Source: an uncultured Chloroflexia bacterium
GTDB lineage: Bacteria; Chloroflexota; Limnocylindria; QHBO01
Direction of reading: 5' to 3'
NCBI GenBank assembly: GCA_963822845.1
Contig: CAWGIY010000009.1
Coordinates: 208,902 to 272,901 of the forward strand
Length of the DNA: 64,000 nucleotides
A program made the position numbers and the translations under genes. Numbering within the stretch: position 1 is the first letter of the stretch; every line of letters starts with the position of its first letter. Under the pieces are notes generated by a model. It worked only from the letters and a program-made list of their open reading frames with translations, was not told where the DNA came from and did no database searches. Of this stretch, positions 48,932 through 58,549 are shown piece after piece.

Positions 48932-49917
48932 CCCGGCGCGGCGCGGCCGTCCTCGCCGTCGATGGCGGCAACTCGAAGATCGATCTTGCCCTCGTCTCGC
49001 GCTCCGGTGAGCTGCTGGCGCTCGTCACCGGCCCGACGATCTCGCACCAGCAGGTGCCGATGGAGGTGGCGATGGACCGCCTCGCCGGCCTCAACGCCCG
49101 CGCCGCGCAGGAGGCCGGGGTCGCTCCCACGTCCTCCATCGGCGTCTTCTGCGTCGCCGGCGCCGACTTTCCGGCGGACGTCCGGGCGCTGACCGGCGCC
49201 TTCGCGGGATCCGGCGTCTCGGAACGCGTGTCGGTCCACAACGATGCCTTCGCGGCGCTGCGCGCCGGTGCGCCGGAGGGCTGGGGCGTCGTCGTCGTGT
49301 GCGGTGCCGGTGTCAACGCGGCCGGGGTCGGTCCCGACGGACGGACGGCACGGCTGGCCGGGATCGGTGACCTGTCGGGGGACTGGGGCGGCGGTGAGGG
49401 GATCGGGCGCGAGGCGCTCGGCGCGGCAGTGCGGGCGCGAGACGGACGCGGGCCGGCGACGGGGCTTGCCCGGCGTGTGCCGGAGCGTCTCGGCGTCCGG
49501 CGGCCGATCGACGTTGCCCGCCGGATGTACGAGGGCACGATGAGCAGCCGCCGTCTCGAGGAGCTGGCACCGCTCGTCTTCGAACTCGCCGGCGGCGGTG
49601 ACGCGGTCGCGCGGGGGATCGTCGACCGTCTCGCCGACGAGCTTTCCGTCATGGCTGTCGCCATTGCCCGCCAGCTGCGCCTCGCTCGCCGGCCGGTCGA
49701 CGTGGTGCTGACCGGCGGCGTCTTCCGGGCCACCGACCGACCGTTCTACGAGCGACTCGAGGCGGGGGTGCACGCGGCGGTACCCCAGGCCAGGATCCAC
49801 CGGCTACGCGACCGCCCGGTTCTCGGGGCGGCCCTCATCGGCCTCGACGAGCTGGGCGTGAAGCGCGGCGGGGCGGCCGAACGTCGACTGCGACGGGAGT
49901 TTCAGGCGCGCACCTGA
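48928..49917 (+). CDS. BadF/BadG/BcrA/BcrD-type ATPase (N-acetylglucosamine-kinase-like sugar kinase)
   Basis: 329 aa; actin-fold ATPase motifs (..LAVDGGNSKIDLAL.., ..VVCGAGVNAAG..). Confidence 0.65.
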   Translation: MTRRGAAVLAVDGGNSKIDLALVSRSGELLALVTGPTISHQQVPMEVAMDRLAGLNARAAQEAGVAPTSSIGVFCVAGADFPADVRALTGAFAGSGVSERVSVHNDAFAALRAGAPEGWGVVVVCGAGVNAAGVGPDGRTARLAGIGDLSGDWGGGEGIGREALGAAVRARDGRGPATGLARRVPERLGVRRPIDVARRMYEGTMSSRRLEELAPLVFELAGGGDAVARGIVDRLADELSVMAVAIARQLRLARRPVDVVLTGGVFRATDRPFYERLEAGVHAAVPQARIHRLRDRPVLGAALIGLDELGVKRGGAAERRLRREFQART

Positions 49918-49943
49918 TCCACCACGGGGCTAGGCTGTTCGCG

Positions 49944-51079
49944 ATGACCTCCGAGGAGACCCGCGACGGCGTCCCGCTGACGAACCTCGACCAGCCGCTG
50001 TTCGAAGGGGCGGAAGCGACAAAGCGCGACCTGGTCGACTACCTCGACGCCGTCCGCGACCGGATCCTGCCCGAACTGGCGGACAGGCCGCTATCGGTGA
50101 TCCGGGTGCATCGGGGCCAGGAGGCCTTCATGCAGAAGAACGTGCCGCGCTCCACGCCGGAGTGGGTGCGCACGGTCAGCCTCTGGTCGGAGAGCTCGCG
50201 CCGTGACGTCGCCTACGCGCTGTGCAACGACCGACGCACGCTCGTCTGGTTCGCCAACCAGCGGGCGGTCGAGTACCACCCGACCCTCGTGCGCGTGGAG
50301 CGCTTCGAGAGCCCGACGCACCTCGTCATCGACCTCGATCCGCCCGACGCCGGTGCCTTCGCCATGGCGGTGAGTGCCGCCCACCTGGTGCGGGCGGCGC
50401 TCGCCGAGGTGGGCATGGCGGCGCCGTGAAGACGAGCGGCGCGAAAGGCCTGCACGTGTACGTCCCGGTGGAGGGCGAGCCGTCCATGGCCGATGCGGCC
50501 GCCGCCACCCGGGCGATCGCCGAGCGGGCGACGCGCCTCGACCCATCGATCGCCACGACGGCATTCATGAAGGAGGACCGCGACGGGAAGGTCTTCATCG
50601 ACGCGACGCGCGTCGGCTGGGCCTCGGTCATCTCTGCGTACAGCCCACGAGCCCGGCCCGGCACGCCCGTGTCGTTTCCGGTCGCATGGGATGATCTCGA
50701 CGACGTGTCGCCGACGGAGTTCACGATCCACACCGCGGTCGGGCATCTCGGCGACCGTGACCCGTGGGCCGAGGCGATGCCGACCCCCCAGGCGCTGAGT
50801 CCCTCGCTGATCGAGGAGGGCGCATCGATCCCGGGGGGCCGCGTCCAGGCCATGCACGAGGGGAAGCGGCGCGCGCGTGCGCCGTCGCGCGTCCGGGACC
50901 TCCGTGACGAGCGGGTGCCTGCCGGGAGCGGGGCGTCCGCCCGTCAGCGATTAAGGCATTGGGTGCTATATCGGCTGACACCAGTGGGAGGGGGGAGAGT
51001 CGGTCCGTATATCCGGTATATACCCTCGGCGCCCCAACAGGTTGTGGTATCGTTCGCGGGGGTACCACCACTGGTATAG
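49944..51079 (+). CDS. stand-alone LigD-type NHEJ polymerase/primase domain (PolDom), frameshift near 50425, with low-complexity C-terminal extension
   Basis: ..LVWFANQRAVEYHP..LVIDLDPPD.. (ORF 49944..50429) continues as ..VKTSGAKGLHVYVPV..FIDATR.. in ORF 50222..51079. Confidence 0.7.
51005..51025. promoter_or_regulatory. AT-rich GTATAT-CCG-GTATATAC motif ~70 nt upstream of nrdR
   Basis: Third occurrence of the GTATATAC family; lies inside the unusual C-terminal tail of the PolDom ORF. Confidence 0.4.
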
Positions 51080-51094
51080 GAGCGCCGAGACAGC

Positions 51095-51571
51095 ATGCGC
51101 TGTCCCCGTTGCGAGGCAACCGGCACCCGCGTCATCGACTCGCGGGACCTCGACAGCGGCAGCACGATCCGTCGTCGCCGCGAGTGCGAGGCCTGCAGCT
51201 ATCGGTTCACCACCTACGAGCGACCCGAGGGCGCGCGCCTCGTCGTCGTCAAGCGCGACGGCGCCCGCCAGGACTTCGACCGCGAGAAGCTGCGCGCCGG
51301 CCTGCTCAAGGCGCTCCAGAAGCGGCCGGTCACGCTCGACCGGGTCGAGGCGGCCGTGGAGGAGATCGAGGCCACACCTGCGCGCGCGCGGCGATGCGGA
51401 GGTCCCCTCGACCGAGATCGGACGCCTGGCGACCGATGCGCTCGCGAGCTCGACCAGCTGGCCTACATCCGGTTCGCATCGGTCTATCACGCCTACGACG
51501 ACATCGAGACGCTGCAGCGCGAGGTCGATCGGCTCATCCGCGGCGCTCGGAGTAACATCGGCGCCGAATGA
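51095..51571 (+). CDS. nrdR: transcriptional repressor NrdR, with a compensating +1/-1 frameshift pair (~51375 and ~51445)
   Basis: Zinc ribbon [21 protein letters not shown]; ATP-cone. Residues ~95-118 read as garbage in-frame, while the conserved [24 protein letters not shown] is in the +1 frame (ORF 51042..). Confidence 0.8.
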   Translation: MRCPRCEATGTRVIDSRDLDSGSTIRRRRECEACSYRFTTYERPEGARLVVVKRDGARQDFDREKLRAGLLKALQKRPVTLDRVEAAVEEIEATPARARRCGGPLDRDRTPGDRCARELDQLAYIRFASVYHAYDDIETLQREVDRLIRGARSNIGAE

Positions 51572-52153
51572 TCCTGTCCGACCGCGACATCCGCGCCGAG
51601 ATCGAGGCCGGCCGGATCGTCATCGATCCGTTCGTGCCCGACGCGGTCCAGCCGTCGAGCGTCGACCTCCATCTCGGCAACCGGTTCCGCGTGTTCCGGA
51701 ACAACCGCACCGCGGTCATCGACCCGCGCGAGGAGCAGCCGGAGCTGACCGAGCTGGTCGAGATCGCCGGCGACGAGCCGTTCATCCTCCATCCCGGCGA
51801 GTTCGTGCTCGGCGCCACGTTCGAGCGCGTCGGCCTGCCCGACGACCTCGTCGCGCGCCTCGAAGGCAAGTCGAGCCTCGGACGCCTCGGGCTGCTCATC
51901 CACTCGACCGCCGGCTACGTGGACCCCGGCTGGGAGGGGACCCTGACCCTCGAGCTATCGAACGTCGCCAACCTGCCGATCAAGCTGTACGACGGCATGA
52001 AGATCGGCCAGATCAGCTTCCAGCGCCTCAGCTCGCCGGTCGAGGTCGGCTACGGCGACGCGCGCATCGGCTCGCAAGTACCGCGGACAGACCGATCCGA
52101 CCGCCAGCCGCTACCACGCCGATTTCGAGCGCGGGCGGGTCGTGCGCCGATGA
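51568..52153 (+). CDS. dcd: dCTP deaminase, frameshift near 52078
   Basis: [45 protein letters not shown]..; the conserved C-terminus [25 protein letters not shown] is in another frame. Confidence 0.8.
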
Positions 52154-52228
52154 CCGCCCGGCGAGCCGCGCCGCTGCCACGAGATCGGTCCGGCCAGGCC
52201 GTTCGCCGGCGGGATCACCGTCCGCGTC

Positions 52229-53044
52229 GTGCGCGCCGGATGGTTCCGGCCCGATGCCGGCGGCTTCTTCGGCGTCGTCCCGCAGCCGCTGTGGGTCGCG
52301 CTTCGTGACGACCGACGAGCGCGGCCGCATCCTGTGCCGCCTGAACCTGCTGCTGATCGAGGCCGCGGGCAGCGGCTGCTCGTCGAGACCGGCACCGGCG
52401 TGCGGATGAGCGACAAGGACCGCGACATCAAGGGCGTCGAGGGCGGCGACCCGGTCGCGGCGCTGCGGGCGGTGGGGGAGGATCCGGCGTCGATCGACTA
52501 CGTCGTCGTCACCCATCTCCACTACGACCACGCCGGCGGCATGCTCGGACCGATGGGTCGCCCGGCCTTCCCGAACGCCCGCTACGTCGTGCAGCGCGAC
52601 GAGGCCGAGGCCGCCCACGGCGACGAGCTGCGGCTGCAGGGGATCATGGAGGTCGAGCAGCTCGACGCCGTCCGCGCCGCCGGCCAGCTGGCCGAGGTCA
52701 ACGGCGAGGTCGAGCTCGTCCCCGGCGTTCGCGTGCTCCGCACCGGCGGGCACACGCGCGGCTCGCAGGCGGTGCTGATCGGCGTCGATCGGCCCGGCGG
52801 CCGCTCGGCGACCCGACCGGATCGCGCGATCTTCTGGGGCGACCTGATCCCGACGCGCTGGCAGGTGCCGGTGCGCTGGACGAGCGCCTACGACGACTAC
52901 CCGATCGACGCGATCGAGGTGCGCAACGAGCTCGTCGCCCGCGCCGCCGCCGAGGGCTGGTGGTGCTACTTCACCCACGATCCGGGCGAGATGCCGGTGC
53001 GCCTCGAGGCCACGGAGCGCGGGTACCGAGCGCTGGAGGGCTGA
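52229..53044 (+). CDS. MBL-fold metallo-hydrolase, with compensating frameshift pair (~52300 and ~52375)
   Basis: HxHxDH motif ([12 protein letters not shown]). The N-terminal ..[23 protein letters not shown].. segment is in a different frame, between in-frame flanks ..PLWVAL.. and ..[13 protein letters not shown].. Confidence 0.65.
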   Translation: MRAGWFRPDAGGFFGVVPQPLWVALRDDRRARPHPVPPEPAADRGRGQRLLVETGTGVRMSDKDRDIKGVEGGDPVAALRAVGEDPASIDYVVVTHLHYDHAGGMLGPMGRPAFPNARYVVQRDEAEAAHGDELRLQGIMEVEQLDAVRAAGQLAEVNGEVELVPGVRVLRTGGHTRGSQAVLIGVDRPGGRSATRPDRAIFWGDLIPTRWQVPVRWTSAYDDYPIDAIEVRNELVARAAAEGWWCYFTHDPGEMPVRLEATERGYRALEG

Positions 53045-53206
53045 CGCGGAGCGCGCGGTAGATCGAGCCGATTCGCACCGCGAGCGCGGTCTTGCGGGGC
53101 ATCGGCATACACGTTCGACGCGAGCGCGGCACTCCGGATACCATGATCGGGCCACCTTCGAGCGCCCTGGATGTCGACCCCCACGTCGAAAGGACGCACT
53201 TCACGA

Positions 53207-53634
53207 ATGAACCTTCCCTCGTTCGCGCTGCGCCGCGGCGCGCTCATCACCCTCATCCTCGTCCTCGGGCTCGCGCTGGCCGCATGCGGCGGCGGCTCCG
53301 AGAGCGAGCCTGCTGACGGCGGCACCGGAGGCGGCACCGCCACCGTCGCGGACGGTGAGGTCGCGATCATCGCCGACAACCTCGAGTTCAACGCGACCAC
53401 CATCGAGGCGCCGGCCGGCGAGGAGTTCACGATCACGCTCGTCAACAACGACTCCCCGCCGCACAACATCAGCATCTACACCGAGGAGGGCGGCGAGGAG
53501 ATCGTGCTCGGCGACGTGATCACCGGGCCGGCCAGACGGTCGACACCGTCGTTCCGGCGCTCGAGCCGGGCACGTACTACTTCGAGTGCGACATCCACCC
53601 GGAGATGAACGGGACGGTCGTCGTCGGCGGCTGA
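53207..53634 (+). CDS. blue-copper (cupredoxin, plastocyanin/halocyanin-like) lipoprotein, frameshift near 53525
   Basis: Lipobox LALAAC; ..FTITLVNNDSPPHNISIY.. then the type-1 Cu ligands YYFECDIHPEMNGTVVV in the next frame. Confidence 0.65.
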
Positions 53635-53746
53635 GCCTTGCCCCACCAGACCGATGACGGGGCGCGGCCATCGCGCCCGCGCTCCTCCGCGTCCGCCAGC
53701 AGCTCGTCGACGATCTCGACCATGCGGGCCGGGTCGAGCGGACCGA

Positions 53747-54245
53747 TCACCTCGCGCAGGACGGTCCCGACTCGCCGATGAAGTAGTGGCGCGGCAGCCC
53801 ATCGGTCCCGGCCCAGTCGTAGTAGATGTCGAGGCCGGGGTCGAGCAGGATCGGGTAGGTCACGCCGTAGCGGTCGGCGAAGTCCGCGACGGCGGCGTCC
53901 TCCTCGCCCCAGTTGACGCCGAGGATCAGCAGCTCGTCGGCGTACTCCTCGGCGATGCGCTGCATGGCCGGCATCTCGGTCCGGCACGGCTCGCAGCTGG
54001 TGGCCCAGAAGTTGACCCAGGTGATGCGGCCGTCCGCATCGGCCGAGCGACCAGTCGCGACCGTCGAGGTCCGTCGCGTCCAGCGACGGAGCGCGGCCTG
54101 GCCGACGAGCGTGCCGGATCGGCCATCGGGCGCGCCTCGCAGGAGCGGCACGCTGACGAGCCAGGCGAGCAGCGCGCCGAGGAGGACGATCGCGGTGAGC
54201 CAGAGCAGGCTGTATCGGCGCCGCCGCAGGACCGGATGGGATCAT
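53747..54245 (-). CDS. TlpA/ResA-like membrane-anchored thiol-disulfide oxidoreductase (thioredoxin fold, CxxC), with frameshift near the 5' end
   Basis: ..ITWVNFWATSCEPCRTEMP.. redoxin motif and TM anchor LLWLTAIVLLGALLAWLV upstream. The only ATG (overlapping the upstream stop, ATGA) is in a different frame from the body. Confidence 0.6.
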
Positions 54246-54487
54246 CGGTCCGCGAAGATCTCGTCGAGGTCGGGGCGGGTGATGACGAGCTCGGCGCGCT
54301 CGGTGCCGTCGACGACGAGCACCGGGATGCGGTGCGCGTAGCGCAGGAGGAGGTCGTCATCGGTGCCGATGTCGATGGCGTCCCAGCCGTCGGTTCCGAG
54401 CATGTCGTCGAGCAGGACGCTCGCCTCGGCGCAGAGGTGGCAGCCCTCGCGGACGTAGAGGGTGGCTCGGGGCATGGCCGGGATCAT
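54242..54487 (-). CDS. glutaredoxin-like small redox protein (CxxC)
   Basis: 81 aa; ..TLYVREGCHLCAEA.. thioredoxin-fold motif. Confidence 0.6.
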   Translation of the reverse strand: MIPAMPRATLYVREGCHLCAEASVLLDDMLGTDGWDAIDIGTDDDLLLRYAHRIPVLVVDGTERAELVITRPDLDEIFADR

Positions 54488-54510
54488 AGGGTAGGATCGG
54501 CGCGAGCGCC

Positions 54511-54586
54511 GCCCGCGTAGCTCAGTGGATAGAGCGCCGCCGTCCTAAGGCGGGCGTCGGGGGTTCGAATCCCTCCGCGGGCGCCA
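54511..54586 (+). tRNA. tRNA-Arg (anticodon CCU)
   Basis: Hand-folded: acceptor GCCCGCG/CGCGGGC, D-arm GCTC/GAGC, anticodon stem CCGCC/GGCGG with loop GUCCUAA, T-loop GGGGGTTCGAATCCCTC, 3' CCA. Confidence 0.8.
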
Positions 54587-54688
54587 CGATCATCCTCGCG
54601 ATCATCGTCACACGCATGGGGCCAGCCCGGTGTCTGGACCTCGGCGTGTAACGCTGACGCGCTGATTCACACGTGAGGTTCGCCCAAC

Positions 54689-55400
54689 ATGCCGCGACTG
54701 TCGTCCGCCCTCGTTGCCGAGGCGATCGGCACCTTCCTCTTCTTCTTCCTCGGAATGGGTGCCGTCGTGCTCGGCCAGCACACCGGGGATACGAGTGGGG
54801 GCCTCATCGGCGTCGCGCTGGCCCACGGCCTCGCGCTGGCGGTGCTCGTCTCCGCGTTCGGCGCGGTGTCGGGCGGCCACTTCAACCCGGCGGTGACGTT
54901 CGGCGTCTGGATCACCGGCCGGATCGATCCCGCTCGCGCGGCGATGTACGTCATCGCCCAGCTGCTCGGCTGCCGTCGCCGCGGGCTTCGCGCTGCGGTT
55001 CGTGTTCCCGGAGACGTCCTGGGAGCCGGTCGATCTCGGGACGCCGGCCCTCGGCGAGGGCATCGACGTCACGCAGGGCATCGTCATCGAGGCGGTCCTG
55101 ACGATGGTGCTGCTCGTCGCGGTGTTCGGCACGGCCATCGACCCGCGCGCGCCGAAGATCGGTGGCCTGGCCATCGGCCTGGCGGTCGCGGCCGACATCT
55201 TCATGGGCGGCCCGCTGACCGGTGCGGCGATGAACCCGGCGCGCTGGTTCGGGCCGGCGGTCGCATCGGGCACGTACGACGACTGGTACGTGTGGTGGAT
55301 CGGTCCGCTGGTCGGTGCGGCGATCATCGCGCTCGTGTACCGGTTCGTGTGGGAGGAGTCCGCGGAGCCCGAGGTGACGCCGGCCACGCCGCAGGGCTGA
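54689..55400 (+). CDS. MIP-family channel (aquaporin / glycerol facilitator), frameshift near 54967
   Basis: First NPA (..SGGHFNPAVTFG..) in ORF 54689..; second NPA (..GAAMNPARWFGPA..) in ORF 55002..55400; junction ..AQLLG|AVAAGFALRF. Confidence 0.75.
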
Positions 55401-55404
55401 CGCC

Positions 55405-56112
55405 CTAGAGGGCGAACGGGAAGAGGCCTGCCAGCGTGGCGAAGGCGTTCAGGTAGATCAGGACGCCGATCGCCACGATGAGCAGGCCCGTCACGACCTG
55501 CACGATGCGGTGGTTGCGCCGCAGGAAGGCGACGAGCGGGCGGATCGCCGGGAAGGCGAAGGCGGCCACGAGGAAGGGGATCGCCAGGCCGATCGAGTAG
55601 GCCGTCAACAGCAGGGCGACCGCGGGGGCGGACCCGCTCGACGCACCCATCGTGAAGATCGCGCCGAGCACGGGACCGATGCACGGCGTCCAGCCGATCG
55701 CCACGAGCCCGCCGAGCGCGAGCGCCCGCGTCGAACGCGCCGCTGGCAGCCACTCGGGGCTGACGCCCACCTGGAGCCGATCGAAGACAGGGCCGAAGAC
55801 GCCGGTCGTCAGCACGCCGATGACGATGACGAGCACGCCGACGACCATGCGCGCCTCGGGGATCCGGAACAGCGGACCGCCGAGGAGGCCGATCGCGGTC
55901 CCGAGCACGATGAAGAGGACGCTGAAGCCGGTCACGAACAGCAGCGCCTGCGGCAGCACCTGGGCGCGGGTGGCGGCGACGGTGCCGGAGTCGTCGGCGA
56001 CCGCGGCATTGCCGAGGAAGGCCAGGTAGACCGGCAGCAGCGCGAGCACACACGGCGAGATGAAGCTGAGGACCCCGGCCGCGAAGGCGACCGCGATGCT
56101 GACCTCGGTCAT
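55405..56112 (-). CDS. ccdA: cytochrome c-type biogenesis / thiol-disulfide transporter CcdA (DsbD beta-domain family)
   Basis: 235 aa, 6 TM, the two conserved Cys (..FISPCVLALLP.. and ..GWTPCIGPVLG..). Confidence 0.8.
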   Translation of the reverse strand: MTEVSIAVAFAAGVLSFISPCVLALLPVYLAFLGNAAVADDSGTVAATRAQVLPQALLFVTGFSVLFIVLGTAIGLLGGPLFRIPEARMVVGVLVIVIGVLTTGVFGPVFDRLQVGVSPEWLPAARSTRALALGGLVAIGWTPCIGPVLGAIFTMGASSGSAPAVALLLTAYSIGLAIPFLVAAFAFPAIRPLVAFLRRNHRIVQVVTGLLIVAIGVLIYLNAFATLAGLFPFAL

Positions 56113-56122
56113 GGCGCCGAGC

Positions 56123-57631
56123 CTAGCGGAAGGCCGCCGGTTGGACGCCGGGCTCGACGACGATCGGCTGGGCGATGATCCACAGGCTCAGCACCGTGTA
56201 GCCGATCATCAGCGCCACCATCGGCAGGCCGGCGACGGTCGCGCGCCTTGGCGCGTCCCGGAGCGTGAGCCGATGGGCGAGCACGATGCCCGCGATGTGG
56301 CCGCCAACGATGGCCGCGACGCTCAGGTACCAGATCGCGTCGACCGGGATCCAGCCGATGTCCGGCGCCAGGCTCATCAGCGGGTCGACGATCAGGGCCG
56401 GCAGCCAGATCGCGCCGCGGATGACGAGCGTCAGGTAGTGGGCGATGAGATAGCCGGCGGCGATCGGCAGCAGGGTCGAGGCGTAGGCCGCCGGTCGCAT
56501 CGGCGCGCCCGGCGCGAGGGCGCGCGTCAGGGCGAGGGCAGCGCTGAACGCGAGGATGAAGGTCGCGACGACGACGGCGAGGGTGGCCGTCTCCGCGAGG
56601 AGAAAGGCGGCCGAGGTCGGGCCCAGGGCGCCGAGGAGTGGCGTCAGCAGCGCCTCGAGCAGCGCGCCGCCGAACGCGGTCTCGCTCAGGCCGTCGTAGG
56701 TGACCCCGGCAAGGACGAGGACGATGAAGGCCGCATCGGACCACCCGGGTGGGGCCGGCTCGGTGAGCCCGACGAACCACGTCCGCAGCTCCGCTCGGCG
56801 CTCGCCGTCGTCGGCCGCGGTCGCGCACTCGGGGCAGTCGATGCACCGATCCGCGTTGCATGCCTCGGCGCAACCGGCGCAGAGCTCACGGTCGACGGAG
56901 CGGCGCGCGACAGGACCGATGCGCCCGAACCAGCCGAGGAGGACCTCGAAGAGCTCAGCGTGTCGCAGCCAGGCCACCGGCCCGAACAGTGCCATGCCGA
57001 CGACGGTGATCACGGTGTAACCGACCAGCAGGCCGGCGACGGTCGTCGCAACGTCGCTGCCCGGCAGGATGAGCTCGCACCACACGCCGACCGCGAGCAG
57101 CGCGACGGCCGGCCAGCGCGCCAGCCATGGCGGGTAGGGGAGACCCGCGTCGAGGCGCTCCGCCCCGACGCGGCGCGCGGTCCATTCGAGAGCCGCGTAG
57201 GTCGTGTGGAACGGGCTCATCGACGGCCATGGGTTGCCGGCGACCGCCGCGATCATCGGCAACGCGACCCAGATCCCGATCCACAGCAGCACCGCCGGGA
57301 GCGGCGAGATGTCGGCGACGACGAACCCGACGACGATTGCGCCGTACCACCACGCCACGCCGACGACCCGCAGCAGGATCCGCAGGACGTTGGAGAGGGT
57401 GGCTGAGACCGGCGTGGTCGCGTAGTCCGGGGCGCCCGCGCTACGGGTGGCGACGACGGTGACGACGAACGAGGCAGCGACCGCCACGGCCGCCCCGAGC
57501 AGGTAGAGCCAGAGCGGGACCGGGAGCTGGACCGCGCCGTCGATGGCGTGGGCCGATACCGCCTGCGGGAGCGCGAGGGCGAGCGCGGCCGCCATGATGG
57601 CGGCCAGCGACCGCCGGCGGTCAGCGCTCAT
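56123..57631 (-). CDS. polytopic membrane protein with signal peptide and a ferredoxin-like Cys cluster (CxxCxxxCx4CxxCxxC) in a soluble loop
   Basis: Start taken at the internal ATG (MSADRRRSLAAIMAAALALALPQAVSA) 5 nt after the upstream lipoprotein stop; about 12 TM; ..CAGCAEACNADRCIDCPEC.. Confidence 0.5.
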   Translation of the reverse strand: MSADRRRSLAAIMAAALALALPQAVSAHAIDGAVQLPVPLWLYLLGAAVAVAASFVVTVVATRSAGAPDYATTPVSATLSNVLRILLRVVGVAWWYGAIVVGFVVADISPLPAVLLWIGIWVALPMIAAVAGNPWPSMSPFHTTYAALEWTARRVGAERLDAGLPYPPWLARWPAVALLAVGVWCELILPGSDVATTVAGLLVGYTVITVVGMALFGPVAWLRHAELFEVLLGWFGRIGPVARRSVDRELCAGCAEACNADRCIDCPECATAADDGERRAELRTWFVGLTEPAPPGWSDAAFIVLVLAGVTYDGLSETAFGGALLEALLTPLLGALGPTSAAFLLAETATLAVVVATFILAFSAALALTRALAPGAPMRPAAYASTLLPIAAGYLIAHYLTLVIRGAIWLPALIVDPLMSLAPDIGWIPVDAIWYLSVAAIVGGHIAGIVLAHRLTLRDAPRRATVAGLPMVALMIGYTVLSLWIIAQPIVVEPGVQPAAFR

Positions 57632-58001
57632 GCACGGTGAAGATGCCGACGCTGACGCCCTGCGGGTCGGCGGCCGGATGCAGCTCGATCGGGAACTGGC
57701 CGCTGCGCTCGGCGGCGAACTCGAGCACGAGCTCCTCGCCGGCGGTGATGGTCGTGGCCGGCACCAGCGCGTCGAGGCCATGAACGTGGATGACCCCGTC
57801 GACCTCCGAGCGGACGAGGAGGGTGACGACCTGGTCGAGGCAGGCGGCCGGGTCATTGGGCTCGAGCGCCGTCGCGGTGACCGTCAGCTCGATCGTCTTC
57901 TCGGGCTCGTCGCAATCAGCGGGCCGGTTCTCCGTCACGCACCCGGAGATGGCGACGGCCAGGGCGACGATGAACGGGAGCATGGCTCGCCGGCGGTGCA
58001 T
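57621..58001 (-). CDS. cupredoxin-like periplasmic lipoprotein
   Basis: Lipobox AISGC; beta-rich ~100-aa domain with His/Cys/His candidates (..IHVHGLD.., ..ELHP..); directly upstream of the Cys-rich membrane protein. Confidence 0.45.
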   Translation of the reverse strand: MHRRRAMLPFIVALAVAISGCVTENRPADCDEPEKTIELTVTATALEPNDPAACLDQVVTLLVRSEVDGVIHVHGLDALVPATTITAGEELVLEFAAERSGQFPIELHPAADPQGVSVGIFTVHER

Positions 58002-58084
58002 GACGGCCGAGTATACGGAGGCCATCTGGTGCGGGCCTTGCAAGGCGATCCCGGCACGCGCACCATGCCGCAGGAGGAGCAATC

Positions 58085-58549
58085 ATGGCTTCGGTTGTCG
58101 AGAGCATCGACGTCAACGTGCCGTTGAGCGTCGCCTACAACCAATGGACTCAGTTCGAGGAGTTTCCGCGTTTCATGGAGGGCGTGACGTCTGTCACCCA
58201 GACCGATGACACCCACCTTCACTGGGTCGCCGAGGTCGGCGGCGTCGAGCGTGAGTGGGACTCCGAGATCACCGAGCAGCACCCCGACGAGCGCGTCGCA
58301 TGGCGCGCGACCTCGGGCGCACAGAACGCGGGCGTTGTCACGTTCCACCGGATCGACGACACCACGACCCGGGTGACACTTCAGCTGGACGCCGACCCCG
58401 AGGGGTTCGTCGAGAACGTTGGCACGGCGCTCGGATTCCTGGATCGGCGCGTGAAGGGCGACCTCCAGCGCTTCAAGGAGTTCATCGAGAGCCGTGGCTC
58501 GGAGACCGGCGAGTGGCGCGGCGAGGTGGAGGTCCCATCGGGACGATGA
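58085..58549 (+). CDS. SRPBCC (polyketide-cyclase/dehydrase, START/Bet v1-like) family protein
   Basis: 154 aa; ..SVAYNQWTQFEEFPRFMEGV.. typical of cyclase/dehydrase-family proteins. Confidence 0.6.
   Translation: MASVVESIDVNVPLSVAYNQWTQFEEFPRFMEGVTSVTQTDDTHLHWVAEVGGVEREWDSEITEQHPDERVAWRATSGAQNAGVVTFHRIDDTTTRVTLQLDADPEGFVENVGTALGFLDRRVKGDLQRFKEFIESRGSETGEWRGEVEVPSGR

Noticed and set aside
53577-54245. 222-aa ORF on the minus strand covering the TlpA gene and the 3' end of the cupredoxin gene
   Set aside because: It is an out-of-frame translation of the TlpA-like gene (the true frame carries the WATSCEPC redoxin motif). It continues antisense into the cupredoxin gene
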